A stretch of DNA of 64,000 bases, taken from positions 42,203 through 106,202 of the forward strand of contig JAUXGA010000009.1 in the NCBI GenBank assembly GCA_030622545.1, written 5' to 3'. The notes under the pieces are model-generated. The model was given only the letters and a program-made list of their open reading frames with translations. It searched no databases and was not told the origin of the DNA. Below, piece by piece: positions 38,360 through 47,998 of this stretch. A program made the translations under genes and the position numbers. This DNA is from a bacterium. GTDB lineage: Bacteria > Electryoneota > RPQS01 > DYHQ01. Positions within the stretch are counted from its first letter, which is position 1; each line of letters starts with the position of its first letter.

Positions 38360-38698
38360 ATGAAATTGACATCCGAAAAGCGGGGAGACGTTTTCGTTAT
38401 CAATCTCAAAGGCAAAATCATGGGCGGGCCGGAATCAACTCAATTCCATGACCACCTCAAAGAAGCCATTGCTCGCGGCGAGCGCAAGGTCGTGCTCGAT
38501 TTGGGAGGCGTCGAATGGATGAACAGCTCGGGATTGGGAGTGCTCATCAGCGCGTTTACGACGCTGCGCAATGCCGGAGGAGAGATGAAGCTGGGACGCA
38601 TCACCGAGAAGATTCAAAGCCTGCTGATTATCACCAAACTCTCTACCGTCTTTGATACGCACGATACGGCCGAAGACGCCGTCAATAGTTTCCAATGA
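38360..38698 (+). CDS. STAS-domain anti-sigma factor antagonist (RsbV-like)
   Basis: LDLGGVEWMNSSGLGVL phospho-Ser motif. Confidence 0.92.
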   Translation: MKLTSEKRGDVFVINLKGKIMGGPESTQFHDHLKEAIARGERKVVLDLGGVEWMNSSGLGVLISAFTTLRNAGGEMKLGRITEKIQSLLIITKLSTVFDTHDTAEDAVNSFQ

Positions 38699-40128
38699 CC
38701 ACAAGCTCCGCTCCGGATTTCAGAGAGATTGCACGGCATCTGACCGAGCTCGGACATCTGGCAGAGCAGACCGCCCAACATCTGCGAAAAGGTCAGGGGG
38801 ATCCGCAGCAGCTCCAGTTGTTCCTTGATGTATCGCGGGAAGCTCTCAAAGGCGCTGCGCTCCTGGATCTCCTGCGCGAAGCGGACCGCGAACGGCAGGA
38901 GAACGAGACATTCCTTCGTATCGGTATGCAGCTTTCCAGCACACTGGATATCGATGAATTGCTGCAGACGATTATCGAATCTCTGCGCGATGTCGTGGAC
39001 TACGATGCGGCGGGCATCTTTCTGGTGAACAGGGAAACGAATCAGATCGAAGCTGATTTTCTGATTGGATACGAAAAAGCGGATCGCCGAAAACTGCGCG
39101 AAAAATTCGAAGAAGGAGTGCCTATCGGCGCCGGACTCGTCGGATGGGTGGTGCAGAATGGCGAAGCCGTCGTTGTTCCGGATGTTCATGGAGATTCGCG
39201 CTATATTCCCGCTCGAGAAGCGACGCGCAGTGAAATCGCCGTCCCGATTATTTCAGGCGATGAAATGGTCGGATCCCTGAATCTCGAATCCGATGAGGTC
39301 GACGGTTTTACGAATGAAGATCTCGAACCGCTGCGCACCTTCGCAAGTCTGGTTGCCGTAACGCTTGACCGCGCACATTTCCACCGCGAAATGATTATTA
39401 AAAAGCGTATGGAAGAAGAGCTTTCCGTGGCGCGGCGCATCCAGCTTTCGTTTCTCCCAACGTCCATGCCGAGATTTACACCCTACGATTTGGCAGGCTT
39501 GAATTTTCCGACGCTGGAAGTGGGAGGAGATTACTACGATTTCATTCGCATCACCGACGGGGATATCGGTGTGGCGATTGGAGACGTGGCGGGGAAAGGC
39601 ATCGGCGCGGCTCTTCTCATGGCCAGCTTCCGAGCCAGTCTGCGGCTCGAATCCCAGTCGAACTACGCCATTTCCACAATACTGCAGAAAGTCAATCGCT
39701 TCCTCTATGAAACCAATCCTCCGGAACAATTCGTCACCGCTTTCTATGGAGTCATTGACCGGCGAAACAATATCCTGACCTATTCGAACGCCGGTCATAA
39801 CCCGCCGTTCATTGTACGAAACAACGAAGCGATTCCGCTCGATACCGGCGGATTAATCTTAGGTTCGTTTCCCTATCCGGAGTATGAAGAAGCCCGGGTG
39901 AATTTACAATCGGGAGATATTCTCGCGTTCTACACAGACGGTGTCACCGAAGCTCGCAACGCCGATGGAGAAGAATTCGGGACGGAACGTCTGGTGGAGC
40001 GGGTTCGAGCCTACCGGGAGCTGGGTGCGATGGATATGGTACGGCGGATTTGCCGCGATGTACACCATTTTCAATCTGATAAATTTTCTCAAGATGACTT
40101 GACACTTTCAATTGTGAAATGCCAATGA
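38695..40128 (+). CDS. GAF plus PP2C/SpoIIE phosphatase (RsbU-like)
   Basis: GAF (TRSEIAVPI), VGGDYYD, GDVAGKG, NAGHNPP, YTDGVTE, QDDLT. Confidence 0.93.
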   Translation: MTTSSAPDFREIARHLTELGHLAEQTAQHLRKGQGDPQQLQLFLDVSREALKGAALLDLLREADRERQENETFLRIGMQLSSTLDIDELLQTIIESLRDVVDYDAAGIFLVNRETNQIEADFLIGYEKADRRKLREKFEEGVPIGAGLVGWVVQNGEAVVVPDVHGDSRYIPAREATRSEIAVPIISGDEMVGSLNLESDEVDGFTNEDLEPLRTFASLVAVTLDRAHFHREMIIKKRMEEELSVARRIQLSFLPTSMPRFTPYDLAGLNFPTLEVGGDYYDFIRITDGDIGVAIGDVAGKGIGAALLMASFRASLRLESQSNYAISTILQKVNRFLYETNPPEQFVTAFYGVIDRRNNILTYSNAGHNPPFIVRNNEAIPLDTGGLILGSFPYPEYEEARVNLQSGDILAFYTDGVTEARNADGEEFGTERLVERVRAYRELGAMDMVRRICRDVHHFQSDKFSQDDLTLSIVKCQ

Positions 40129-40547
40129 ACACGCCAACGTCCTCGGAAAAACTAACCGTTCGTTCTTCCACCGATGAGCTGCTGGTCGTGGATGAATGGA
40201 CCGAGCGCATTGCCCGCGAAATGGGCTATTCGGACAGCGATGTCGGTGATTTTGCTATCTGCGTCACCGAAGCGGTCAACAATGCTATCCTGCACGCTCA
40301 TCACAGCGATGAGAGCAAAACCATTTACATCCACTTTGATCGAATGCCGGATGGCTTGCAGGTTCGAGTGTGCGATGAAGGGAAGGGCTTCGACTATAAA
40401 GTACTTCCGGATCCGACCCTGCCGGAGAATATTATGAAAGAAGGCGGCCGCGGAATACACGTCATTCGCCACCTCATGGATAAACTGGAGATTCGCCTTT
40501 GCAAGACAGGGACGGAAATTGTCATGTGGAAACGGAAGGGGGCCTAA
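40125..40547 (+). CDS. Anti-sigma factor / Ser kinase (RsbW-like HATPase)
   Basis: EAVNNAILH, DEGKGF, GGRGI. Confidence 0.9.
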   Translation: MNTPTSSEKLTVRSSTDELLVVDEWTERIAREMGYSDSDVGDFAICVTEAVNNAILHAHHSDESKTIYIHFDRMPDGLQVRVCDEGKGFDYKVLPDPTLPENIMKEGGRGIHVIRHLMDKLEIRLCKTGTEIVMWKRKGA

Positions 40548-41023
40548 TGAGAATCGCCGTTTATCCCGGAACATTCGATCCCATCACACATGGACATATT
40601 GACGTGATTCGCCGCGCGCGGATGGTATTTGATAAAGTGATTGTGACTCTGGCCACGAATCCCGAAAAAACTCCCATGTTCACACTGAAAGAACGAAAAG
40701 AACTTATCGAACTTGCGGTTCAGGAGATTCCCAGTGTTGAAGTTGCGGACTTTGATGGCCTGACTGTGCGTTTTGCTGAAGCTACTGGAGCCATTGCGAT
40801 TATTCGAGGTTTGCGCGCTGTCTCGGATTTCGAATATGAATTCCAGATGGCGTTGACGAATCGAAAACTCTCCGCGAATATCATTACTGTTTTCCTGATG
40901 CCCCATGAAAAGTTTACGTATCTGAACAGCAATATCGTGCGCGAAGTCGCCAAACTCGGCGGCGATATCAGCCCTTTCGTCCCCGCTTGCGTGGAAGAAG
41001 CCCTAAAGAAAAAACTTAGATAA
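40547..41023 (+). CDS. coaD: Pantetheine-phosphate adenylyltransferase
   Basis: YPGTFDPITHGH, RGLRAVSDFEYEFQMA. Confidence 0.97.
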   Translation: MRIAVYPGTFDPITHGHIDVIRRARMVFDKVIVTLATNPEKTPMFTLKERKELIELAVQEIPSVEVADFDGLTVRFAEATGAIAIIRGLRAVSDFEYEFQMALTNRKLSANIITVFLMPHEKFTYLNSNIVREVAKLGGDISPFVPACVEEALKKKLR

Positions 41024-41048
41024 TCATCGGTAACGATTCAAGCATAGT

Positions 41049-41152
41049 CGCCGTGGTGGGTGTCACCCACCCGGAAATGAACCGTCGAGCCGGGTCGCCT
41101 GACCCGGCCGCAATACCGCTGAGGCTGATTAGATACGGCAGAGGCCGGAATG
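41049..41152 (+). repeat. Three CGCCG-family repeats
   Basis: Units at 41049-41079, 41083-41114 and 41117-41152 (degenerate). Confidence 0.8.
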
Positions 41153-41190
41153 GATACAACATCTCTTTTTGAAGGGAAGGAATCGAATCA

Positions 41191-41871
41191 ATGACGGTGC
41201 GTTTGGGAATCGATTTGGAACCACTTGCGGAGTTGGCGCGTCTCTGGAAAGATATGCCGCTTGATCTTCTGGATTTCGCTTACGCGGCAGGCACGGCAGG
41301 AGCGCAAATGCTTCTGGCACCCGAAGAAACACTGGAACGCTCGGACTTGATGCTCTTGGCAAGGCCGGGATTGCCGCTGTTTGTGCTTAAAGTGCGCGAA
41401 ACGGAATTTGAGCGAGTGATGCAGTTGCCGCTACCGGCGGATCGTTATTTTATTGTCGGGGATTACGGGAGCGCGCTTAAAGACGTCGATGATTTCAATA
41501 AATTTCGCCGCGAGGTATCGGACACATCAACCTTGGGCGCTCTGGTTGAGGCTGAACCCGGCTCCGTAAAAAAAGCCGCTCAAGCTGCGATGGCGTGGGT
41601 CGTTTTCTCGACAACACCGTACGTGCAAGTGGCGACACCACGGGAAGCCGAAGATGAACTGGCTCGGCTTTCCACAGCAGTGTTCACTGCGCAGAAATTT
41701 GGACTGCGCGTCGCCGTCATGGGGCCGATGTATCCGCATTTACTAAGACCGCTCCTCGAAATCGAAGGCATCGAAGAAATTTATCCCGGTGCGGAAATCT
41801 GGCTTCGAGCCCTCCGCGTCGGCTGGGAACGCGCTCTCGAAGAATACACCAAAATCCTTGAACGAGCATAA
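41191..41871 (+). CDS. Divergent PdxJ-like protein lacking catalytic motifs
   Basis: N-terminus RLGIDLE and C-terminal third (ELARLS.A...A...GLRV...IEEI..G..I..RAL..G...A) resemble PNP synthase. Confidence 0.65.
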   Translation: MTVRLGIDLEPLAELARLWKDMPLDLLDFAYAAGTAGAQMLLAPEETLERSDLMLLARPGLPLFVLKVRETEFERVMQLPLPADRYFIVGDYGSALKDVDDFNKFRREVSDTSTLGALVEAEPGSVKKAAQAAMAWVVFSTTPYVQVATPREAEDELARLSTAVFTAQKFGLRVAVMGPMYPHLLRPLLEIEGIEEIYPGAEIWLRALRVGWERALEEYTKILERA

Positions 41872-41877
41872 CTGAAC

Positions 41878-41930
41878 CGCCGAGCCGCACCGCCTAAAAT
41901 CGCCGCGAATGGGTGCCCTCACCCTTCGCG
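41878..41930 (+). repeat. Truncated and complete CGCCG-family repeats
   Basis: CGCCGAGCCG, and CGCCGCGAATGGGTGCCCTCACCCTTCGCG. Confidence 0.7.
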
Positions 41931-41946
41931 AAATTTAGGAGAACAG

Positions 41947-42489
41947 ATGAAAGACGATCTGCTTAAAAAAATCCCCGAAATCAATCAAATCACCGACAAA
42001 GACATCCGCGAGAAAACCATCGCCGCATTTCTGGACGCACTGCAGAGTGGTGGATGGAACGTTTCCGACCTCGACCGGATTCCCTTTTCATTGCTGATTC
42101 CCGATAATCCCGTCAGCTTCCTGACGCATACACGCGCCGTCACGGCTGTCGCGCTGAAAGCCGCCGAAGTTTTAAACGAAACCTATAAAGAGCATTTTCA
42201 AATAGACTTTGACATTCTGCTTTCCGGAGCGATTCTGCATGACGTCGGTAAACTGCTGGAATACAAAGAAACGACCAAAGGTTTTCAGAAGAGCGACTAC
42301 GGACGCGTCATGCGGCACCCGTTTTCCGGAGCGGGACTGGCACTGAAACACGGTTTGCCGGGGGAAGTGCAGCACATCATTGCCACGCACGCACATGAAG
42401 GCGACGGCGGCTATCGCACTCCCGCATCCGCAGTCGTCCACCACGCCGACTTCATGAATTTCGATCCCCTGCGTGCTTTGATTAAATAA
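41947..42489 (+). CDS. HD-domain phosphohydrolase
   Basis: HT...AILHDVGK, RHPFSG, HIIATH, HHAD. Confidence 0.9.
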   Translation: MKDDLLKKIPEINQITDKDIREKTIAAFLDALQSGGWNVSDLDRIPFSLLIPDNPVSFLTHTRAVTAVALKAAEVLNETYKEHFQIDFDILLSGAILHDVGKLLEYKETTKGFQKSDYGRVMRHPFSGAGLALKHGLPGEVQHIIATHAHEGDGGYRTPASAVVHHADFMNFDPLRALIK

Positions 42490-42502
42490 GGGAATAGAGC
42501 TC

Positions 42503-42564
42503 GCGGTGTTGGCTGTTTGCAGCCGACCCAAAATCCGTAGGGGCGCTCCCACGTGTGCGCCCGT
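42503..42564 (+). repeat. GCGGTGTTG unit plus GTAG REP-like palindrome
   Basis: GTAGGGGCGCTCCCACGTGTGCGCCCG is identical to the copy at 52663. Confidence 0.75.
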
Positions 42565-42598
42565 TCGCGCAATAGAACGAACTTCACAGGACATCCCC

Positions 42599-43969
42599 AT
42601 GAAATTCCCAGCGGAACCTTTTAAAATAAAAGTCGTCGAACGCATCAAAACGACGACCCGAAAAACCCGTGAAAAACTTCTGAAAGAAGCGGGATTCAAT
42701 ATTTTCGATATTCCCGCCGAGGCGATTTACGTGGATCTCCTGACCGACAGCGGCACCGCGGCGATGTCGGATAATCAATGGGCGGGTCTCATGATTGGCG
42801 ATGAATCCTATGCCGGGTCGAAAAATTATTATCGGCTTGAAAAAACCGTCCGCGAAGTCACCGGCTACGAATTCGTCATTCCGACACATCAGGGTCGCGT
42901 CGCCGAGAATCTGCTCTTTTCGACCGTTTGTAAGTCCGGCATGATTGTTCCGAATAACACGCACTTCGACACGACGCGCGCCAATGTCAAAGCGAACGGT
43001 GCGAAAGCGATGGATTTGCCCATCGCACAGGCGCTGGATCCTGCGCTCGACTATCCTTTCAAAGGCAACATGGATGTGAAAGCGCTGGACAAATTACTCG
43101 AACGCGACCGTTCCAAGGTTCCGATGGTGACCTGCACGGTGACGAACAACAGCGCCGGAGGGCAGCCGGTTTCCATGCAGAATATCCGCGAGATTTCGGA
43201 CGTGTGCAAGCGCTGGAAGGTGCCCTTCTTTCTGGACTGCGCGCGCTTCGCCGAGAATTGTTATTTCATCCGCGAACGTGAATCCGGTTATGATAAAAAA
43301 TCCGTCAAAGAAATCGCACTCGAAATGTTTTCCTATGCCGACGGTTGCTGGATGTCAGCCAAGAAGGATGCGCTGGTCAACATCGGCGGTTTCCTCGCGA
43401 TGAATGATGGAGAGCTGGCGAGTCTTCTGAAACAAAAGCTGATTCTAATCGAAGGATTTCCGACGTACGGCGGCTTGGCCGGTCGTGATCTCGAAGCAGT
43501 CGCGCGCGGACTAATCGAAGGACTCGACGAAGACTATTTGCACTATCGAACCGCACAGGTGAAATATTTGGGCGAAAGTCTGGATCGCGGCGGCGTCCCT
43601 GTCGTGAAACCCATCGGAGGCCATGCCGTCTTCATTGACGCCCTAACGTTTGCGCCGCATATTCCGCAATCGCAATTTCCGGGGCAGGCGCTCATTGTCA
43701 ACATGTACCGCGAAGCCGGCATTCGCGGTGTCGAAATCGGTTCATTGATGTTCGCAGAAAAAGATCCTGACACCGGCGAGGCGCATTATCCTGATTTGGA
43801 ACTCGTAAGATTAGCGATTCCCCGGCGCGTCTATACGACGATGCACATGCATTATGTCGCCGAATCGATACTGAAAATTTTTCACGAACGCGAAAAGATG
43901 CGCGGTTTTGAATTGATCTATGAGGCGCCCGTGCTTCGCCATTTCACCTGCCGCTTGAAGGAGTTGTAA
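42599..43969 (+). CDS. tnaA: Tryptophanase
   Basis: DLLTDSGT, THQGR, SAKKD (PLP Lys); FDTT, VEIGS and LRHFT match tryptophanase rather than tyrosine phenol-lyase (FTTT, MERG, LRFFT). Confidence 0.88.
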   Translation: MKFPAEPFKIKVVERIKTTTRKTREKLLKEAGFNIFDIPAEAIYVDLLTDSGTAAMSDNQWAGLMIGDESYAGSKNYYRLEKTVREVTGYEFVIPTHQGRVAENLLFSTVCKSGMIVPNNTHFDTTRANVKANGAKAMDLPIAQALDPALDYPFKGNMDVKALDKLLERDRSKVPMVTCTVTNNSAGGQPVSMQNIREISDVCKRWKVPFFLDCARFAENCYFIRERESGYDKKSVKEIALEMFSYADGCWMSAKKDALVNIGGFLAMNDGELASLLKQKLILIEGFPTYGGLAGRDLEAVARGLIEGLDEDYLHYRTAQVKYLGESLDRGGVPVVKPIGGHAVFIDALTFAPHIPQSQFPGQALIVNMYREAGIRGVEIGSLMFAEKDPDTGEAHYPDLELVRLAIPRRVYTTMHMHYVAESILKIFHEREKMRGFELIYEAPVLRHFTCRLKEL

Positions 43970-44155
43970 CATGTTGCAACCGAAAATTGCTAATATGCTA
44001 TTTTTTCGCCCTAATAACGGTTCCTTGTGAATGCTATAAATATATTGATAAGTGTGCATTATTCAGATCAATAATAAGGGATTAACATCTTAATTAGCGA
44101 CGGCGAAAATATACATTTTCCAGAAAAATATCACATATAGAGGAACAAAGTCCTT

Positions 44156-44947
44156 ATGGCTGATGAAAATAGATGGAAAATAAATGATACCAAAGATGGT
44201 ATGATGGTCATCGATCTTCTTTCGTGGCAGTATTTTAATGACTTCATCTGCCAAAAAATGCTTGACTACCGATATTACATCTGGCGTGGACAACGAGATG
44301 TCTCATGGCCGCTACTATCTACACTGGATAGAGAGCTAATCAAACGTAAGAAATCAAATGATAAAACGATCAGAGAGACCCATCTTGAACGGTTCAAGTT
44401 CGCTTGCAGAGGTCGCCGGGGAAATAATCCCGTGCCATTAGAAACTGACAACGATTGGTGGGCTCTTGGCCAACATCATGGCCTCGCGACCCCGTTACTC
44501 GATTGGACAAAGTCCCCATTTGTTGCCGCATATTTCGCGTTTGAAGAAGAAAGTAAGAGAGCTACGGAGAGACGGGCAGTATTTGGTATTATCAAACCGG
44601 AGATCAAGTCTAAGTCGGAAGAGATTTCAAAAGACTGGAAGTATTCTGAACGAGCTCCGATTGTTGAGTTTATTGAACCGCTCTCTGATGAGAATCCGAG
44701 ATTAGTGAATCAGGGAGGACTCTTCACTCGGGCTCCTGACGGAATGGATTTAGAATCATGGGTTAAAGAGTCATTTCAAGGAGAGAAGAAGAACATTTAT
44801 TTAATGAAGGTAACAATCCCTGGAGAAGATAGAGGACTATGCCTTAGATCCCTTAATCGTATGAACATCAACCATCTCTCCCTTTTTCCTGACCTCTTTG
44901 GATCTTCTAAATTCGTTAATTTGGACCTCAAGATTGATATATACTAA
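44156..44947 (+). CDS. FRG-domain protein
   Basis: WRGQ, QHHGLATPLLDWT.SP.VAAYFA, NPRL.NQ.GLF, SLFPDL. Confidence 0.9.
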   Translation: MADENRWKINDTKDGMMVIDLLSWQYFNDFICQKMLDYRYYIWRGQRDVSWPLLSTLDRELIKRKKSNDKTIRETHLERFKFACRGRRGNNPVPLETDNDWWALGQHHGLATPLLDWTKSPFVAAYFAFEEESKRATERRAVFGIIKPEIKSKSEEISKDWKYSERAPIVEFIEPLSDENPRLVNQGGLFTRAPDGMDLESWVKESFQGEKKNIYLMKVTIPGEDRGLCLRSLNRMNINHLSLFPDLFGSSKFVNLDLKIDIY

Positions 44948-45112
44948 ATCGCAGAAGAGTTTTTGCAATTGCGCATTGTGGTTCATCAACTCAGCTTATG
45001 CAACGCAATGCGAGTCTTTATAAGTCATCGTGTTAGCATAATTTCAGATGATATTGGCTTGTTTCCCCGTATTACTTCTGTTCCATTCACTTGCCGCCTA
45101 AAGGAGCTGTAG

Positions 45113-45412
45113 ATGCTGCAGCCGAAACTTGACGATATTCCACTTGCCGAGCGCGAAAACATCCTGCGCGCCTTTTTCAAAGAAGGGAAGGATGGCGCAC
45201 TGCACAGCTATCCATCGCAGAATAAAAAGAAGCTCGTCGTTCTGGCGAATTTAGCGACTCAGTTTGAATCAGATAAAACCTACACCGAATTGGAAATAAA
45301 TCTCAAGCTGAAGTCACGCTTCGAAGATTTCGCGACACTGCGCCGCGACCTTGTCGAATTCAGTTTCTTCGAGAGAAGCCCGGATTGCAAGGAGTATCGA
45401 CGTCATCAATAG
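45113..45412 (+). CDS. DUF2087-like small protein
   Basis: YPSQNKKKLVVL, YTELEIN, DFATLRRDLVE. Confidence 0.8.
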   Translation: MLQPKLDDIPLAERENILRAFFKEGKDGALHSYPSQNKKKLVVLANLATQFESDKTYTELEINLKLKSRFEDFATLRRDLVEFSFFERSPDCKEYRRHQ

Positions 45413-45514
45413 TCGCCTTGATTTGCATAACTCATAAGTGCAATGTTTTTTCACCGAGTAGAACAGTACGCGTGCAGCGGTTGAAAAATCTAATGAGTAT
45501 TGGGGAGATTGCAT

Positions 45515-46075
45515 ATGCAAATAGATTGGAACCTTGTAAAAGAAATCATCATCGTGGTGGTTTCGCTTGTGATTGGTGGATTTGTTAAGCAGTGGTTTGA
45601 ACGTAAGCCGCGTGTCGTCTATTTTGTCAGTCACGCTTCAAGTTTCCGTCTAAAGGACATTGAACGAGACGAGGATTTGTGGAGCAATACGCATAGTATT
45701 ATTCTGCGGAATACGGGCAGGAGAACCGCAAAAAATGTGAGAATCAGCCATCGTGATCAGTCGATTCAATTCAATATATTTCCTTCAATACGTTATGAAG
45801 TCAGTAATCTTCCAGACGGAGGTGCCGAGATCGTAATCGGCCAACTTGTGCCGAAGGAAGTAATTGAAATTTCATATCTCTATTTTCCCCCGCTTACTTA
45901 TCTGAATGTCATGGGAGAAATTAAGCATGATGAAGGATTCGCCCAGCTTCAACCGGTGTTATTTCAGCGTCAATTCCCCAAAGCGCTCAATATAATAGTA
46001 GGTATCCTAACATTACTGGGAGCAATCACATTAATTTATTTTGTAATTACGGGTTTCTTAGGATTATTTGCATAG
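45515..46075 (+). CDS. Hypothetical membrane protein (N- and C-terminal TM)
   Basis: ORF with two hydrophobic ends and a beta-rich core. Confidence 0.7.
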   Translation: MQIDWNLVKEIIIVVVSLVIGGFVKQWFERKPRVVYFVSHASSFRLKDIERDEDLWSNTHSIILRNTGRRTAKNVRISHRDQSIQFNIFPSIRYEVSNLPDGGAEIVIGQLVPKEVIEISYLYFPPLTYLNVMGEIKHDEGFAQLQPVLFQRQFPKALNIIVGILTLLGAITLIYFVITGFLGLFA

Positions 46076-46180
46076 AAATATAATACCATTGCGTGGAAAA
46101 TTATGTATATATTCTCATGACGAAAAGTCCTTTTTAATTACTAGTATAAGAGTAATAAAATCCGCATATGAGGATTTGCT

Positions 46181-46393
46181 ATGGAAAAAAAGAACATCGA
46201 AATCTTCGAGATTGCTTGCTTCGTAATTGGAGCTTTTTTGGTGCTGTTTAGTCTTGTGAGTTTCGATTCACACACCCGTGGTGGTGTGAGCTACTATTTC
46301 CCAGATTTGGCGAAATTTGGTATAGCGGTGGGTGGCTCCCTTGTTTGCCTCGGTTTTTTTGTCAGGCACAGGAGAAAAGGCAGGTCTGAATAA
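46181..46393 (+). CDS. Small two-TM hypothetical protein
   Basis: GAGG RBS, two hydrophobic helices, basic tail. Confidence 0.6.
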   Translation: MEKKNIEIFEIACFVIGAFLVLFSLVSFDSHTRGGVSYYFPDLAKFGIAVGGSLVCLGFFVRHRRKGRSE

Positions 46394-46432
46394 CGTTAAG
46401 CACGATTTATTCTTCGCCTTTAACAGCACACA

Positions 46433-47329
46433 ATGACTAATGCAAAGAGAACGATGTTAAAACGTGTTCTCGTCACCGGTTGTTCTACGGGAATCGGCGC
46501 GGCTACTGTTCGACTATTGCTGCAGCGAGGGATGTACATCGTCGCAACTGCGCGTTCGGTTGAAACACTCGAGCCTTTGAAAGAAGCCGCCGCGCAATCG
46601 AGCGGAACACTCTTCACAACATCCCTTGATGTCACCGTGGATTCATCCCGCCGTGCTGCGTTTGCCTTTGCCGAAGAAAAGCTTGGTGGCGTGGATGTTC
46701 TCATCAACAACGCCGGTTACGGTCAGATGGGGCCCATCGAAGAGGTGCCGTTGGAACTCATCCGGCAGCAATTCGAAACGAATGTCTTCGGACTTATAGC
46801 GATGTGTCAGCTTGTACTGCCGTCGATGCGCGCGCAGCGTCATGGCCGAATTATAAATATCTCGTCCATTTTGGAAGTCGTTTCGTTGCCGATGGGTGGC
46901 ATTTATTCCGCCAGCAAATATGCGCTCGCGGGAATATCCGATGCGATGAGAATCGAAGTCGAACCCTTCGGCATTGAAGTGGTTCTGATTCTGCCCGGAC
47001 CTATTAAATCGGAATTCCCTCGCACCGCCGCGCTTTCGACACAGTCTCTCTGGAATAATTTGGAATCATCGGCCTATAAACCTTGGGCGGTGCCGATACT
47101 CTCGCGCTGGAAAGCAAACCAACCTCGCTCGGGTGAAGTATCGGTGGAAGTTTGCGCGGAAGTTGTCGCGCGCGCTGTTGAAGACCGCCGCCCTCGTATT
47201 CGTTACGTCATTACGAACAGAGCACGCATGCTCTATACAATGCGAAAGCTGCTGCCTGACCGCATCTTGGACAGTGCCCTTCGCAAAGTCTTCAACATGC
47301 GCAAGGATAAAGGCGGGCAGGCTTCATGA
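46433..47329 (+). CDS. SDR family oxidoreductase
   Basis: TGCSTGIG, NNAG, YSASK. Confidence 0.93.
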   Translation: MTNAKRTMLKRVLVTGCSTGIGAATVRLLLQRGMYIVATARSVETLEPLKEAAAQSSGTLFTTSLDVTVDSSRRAAFAFAEEKLGGVDVLINNAGYGQMGPIEEVPLELIRQQFETNVFGLIAMCQLVLPSMRAQRHGRIINISSILEVVSLPMGGIYSASKYALAGISDAMRIEVEPFGIEVVLILPGPIKSEFPRTAALSTQSLWNNLESSAYKPWAVPILSRWKANQPRSGEVSVEVCAEVVARAVEDRRPRIRYVITNRARMLYTMRKLLPDRILDSALRKVFNMRKDKGGQAS

Positions 47330-47985
47330 TGTCCGTACGCGCCGTGCTCTTTGATTTGGACGGAGTCCTCATTGATTCCATGCCGCATCATATTCGCGCT
47401 TGGCAACAGGTGCTCGGTGAGATTGGAATTCAAGTTGACTCGCTTTACATTCGTCTCCACGAAGGCGAAAAAGCGGAAGCGACCACCGGGCGACTGCTGC
47501 GGGAACATGGCATAGAGATGAGCGAGAACGATTTGGCGCTTCTCATCGAACGTAAGCGCACTCTCTATCGTAAAACCGCTCCGCAAGGTTTGATTCCCGG
47601 CGCGCGGCATACGGTAGAGAAACTGAAAGCGGCGGGGATTCGCTGCGCCATCGTCACCGGCTCCGTACGCGCCAATATGACGAGCGTTCTCTCTAACGAT
47701 GAGATTGCTCTCTTTTATCCCGTTATCACGGCGGATATGTACACCCACGGCAAACCGCATCCCGAGCCCTATCTGAAAGCGCTGGAAGAGATAAAACTTC
47801 AGGCATCCGAGTGTCTGGTCGTCGAGAACGCTCCGCGCGGTATTCAATCGGCCAAAGCCGCCGGAATCAAAGTCGCAGCGTTAACAGTCACGCTGCCGCG
47901 AAAATATTTAAGTGAAGCGGACATTATTTTAGATCATCATGAAGAACTCCTGAATATTGCAGGTTTGAAATCACAATCGAAATAG
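47326..47985 (+). CDS. HAD-family phosphatase (beta-PGM-like)
   Basis: [26 protein letters not shown]. Confidence 0.9.
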   Translation: MMSVRAVLFDLDGVLIDSMPHHIRAWQQVLGEIGIQVDSLYIRLHEGEKAEATTGRLLREHGIEMSENDLALLIERKRTLYRKTAPQGLIPGARHTVEKLKAAGIRCAIVTGSVRANMTSVLSNDEIALFYPVITADMYTHGKPHPEPYLKALEEIKLQASECLVVENAPRGIQSAKAAGIKVAALTVTLPRKYLSEADIILDHHEELLNIAGLKSQSK

Positions 47986-47998
47986 AAGGAGAAAAGCG

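Noticed and set aside
42599-43969. Tyrosine phenol-lyase call
   Set aside because: Specificity positions (FDTT, VEIG, LRHF) match tryptophanase
44940-46420. Integron attC sites in the AT-rich islet (GTTAGCA near 45032, GTTAAGC near 46395)
   Set aside because: No convincing RYYYAAC partner or L-box pairing; no integrase
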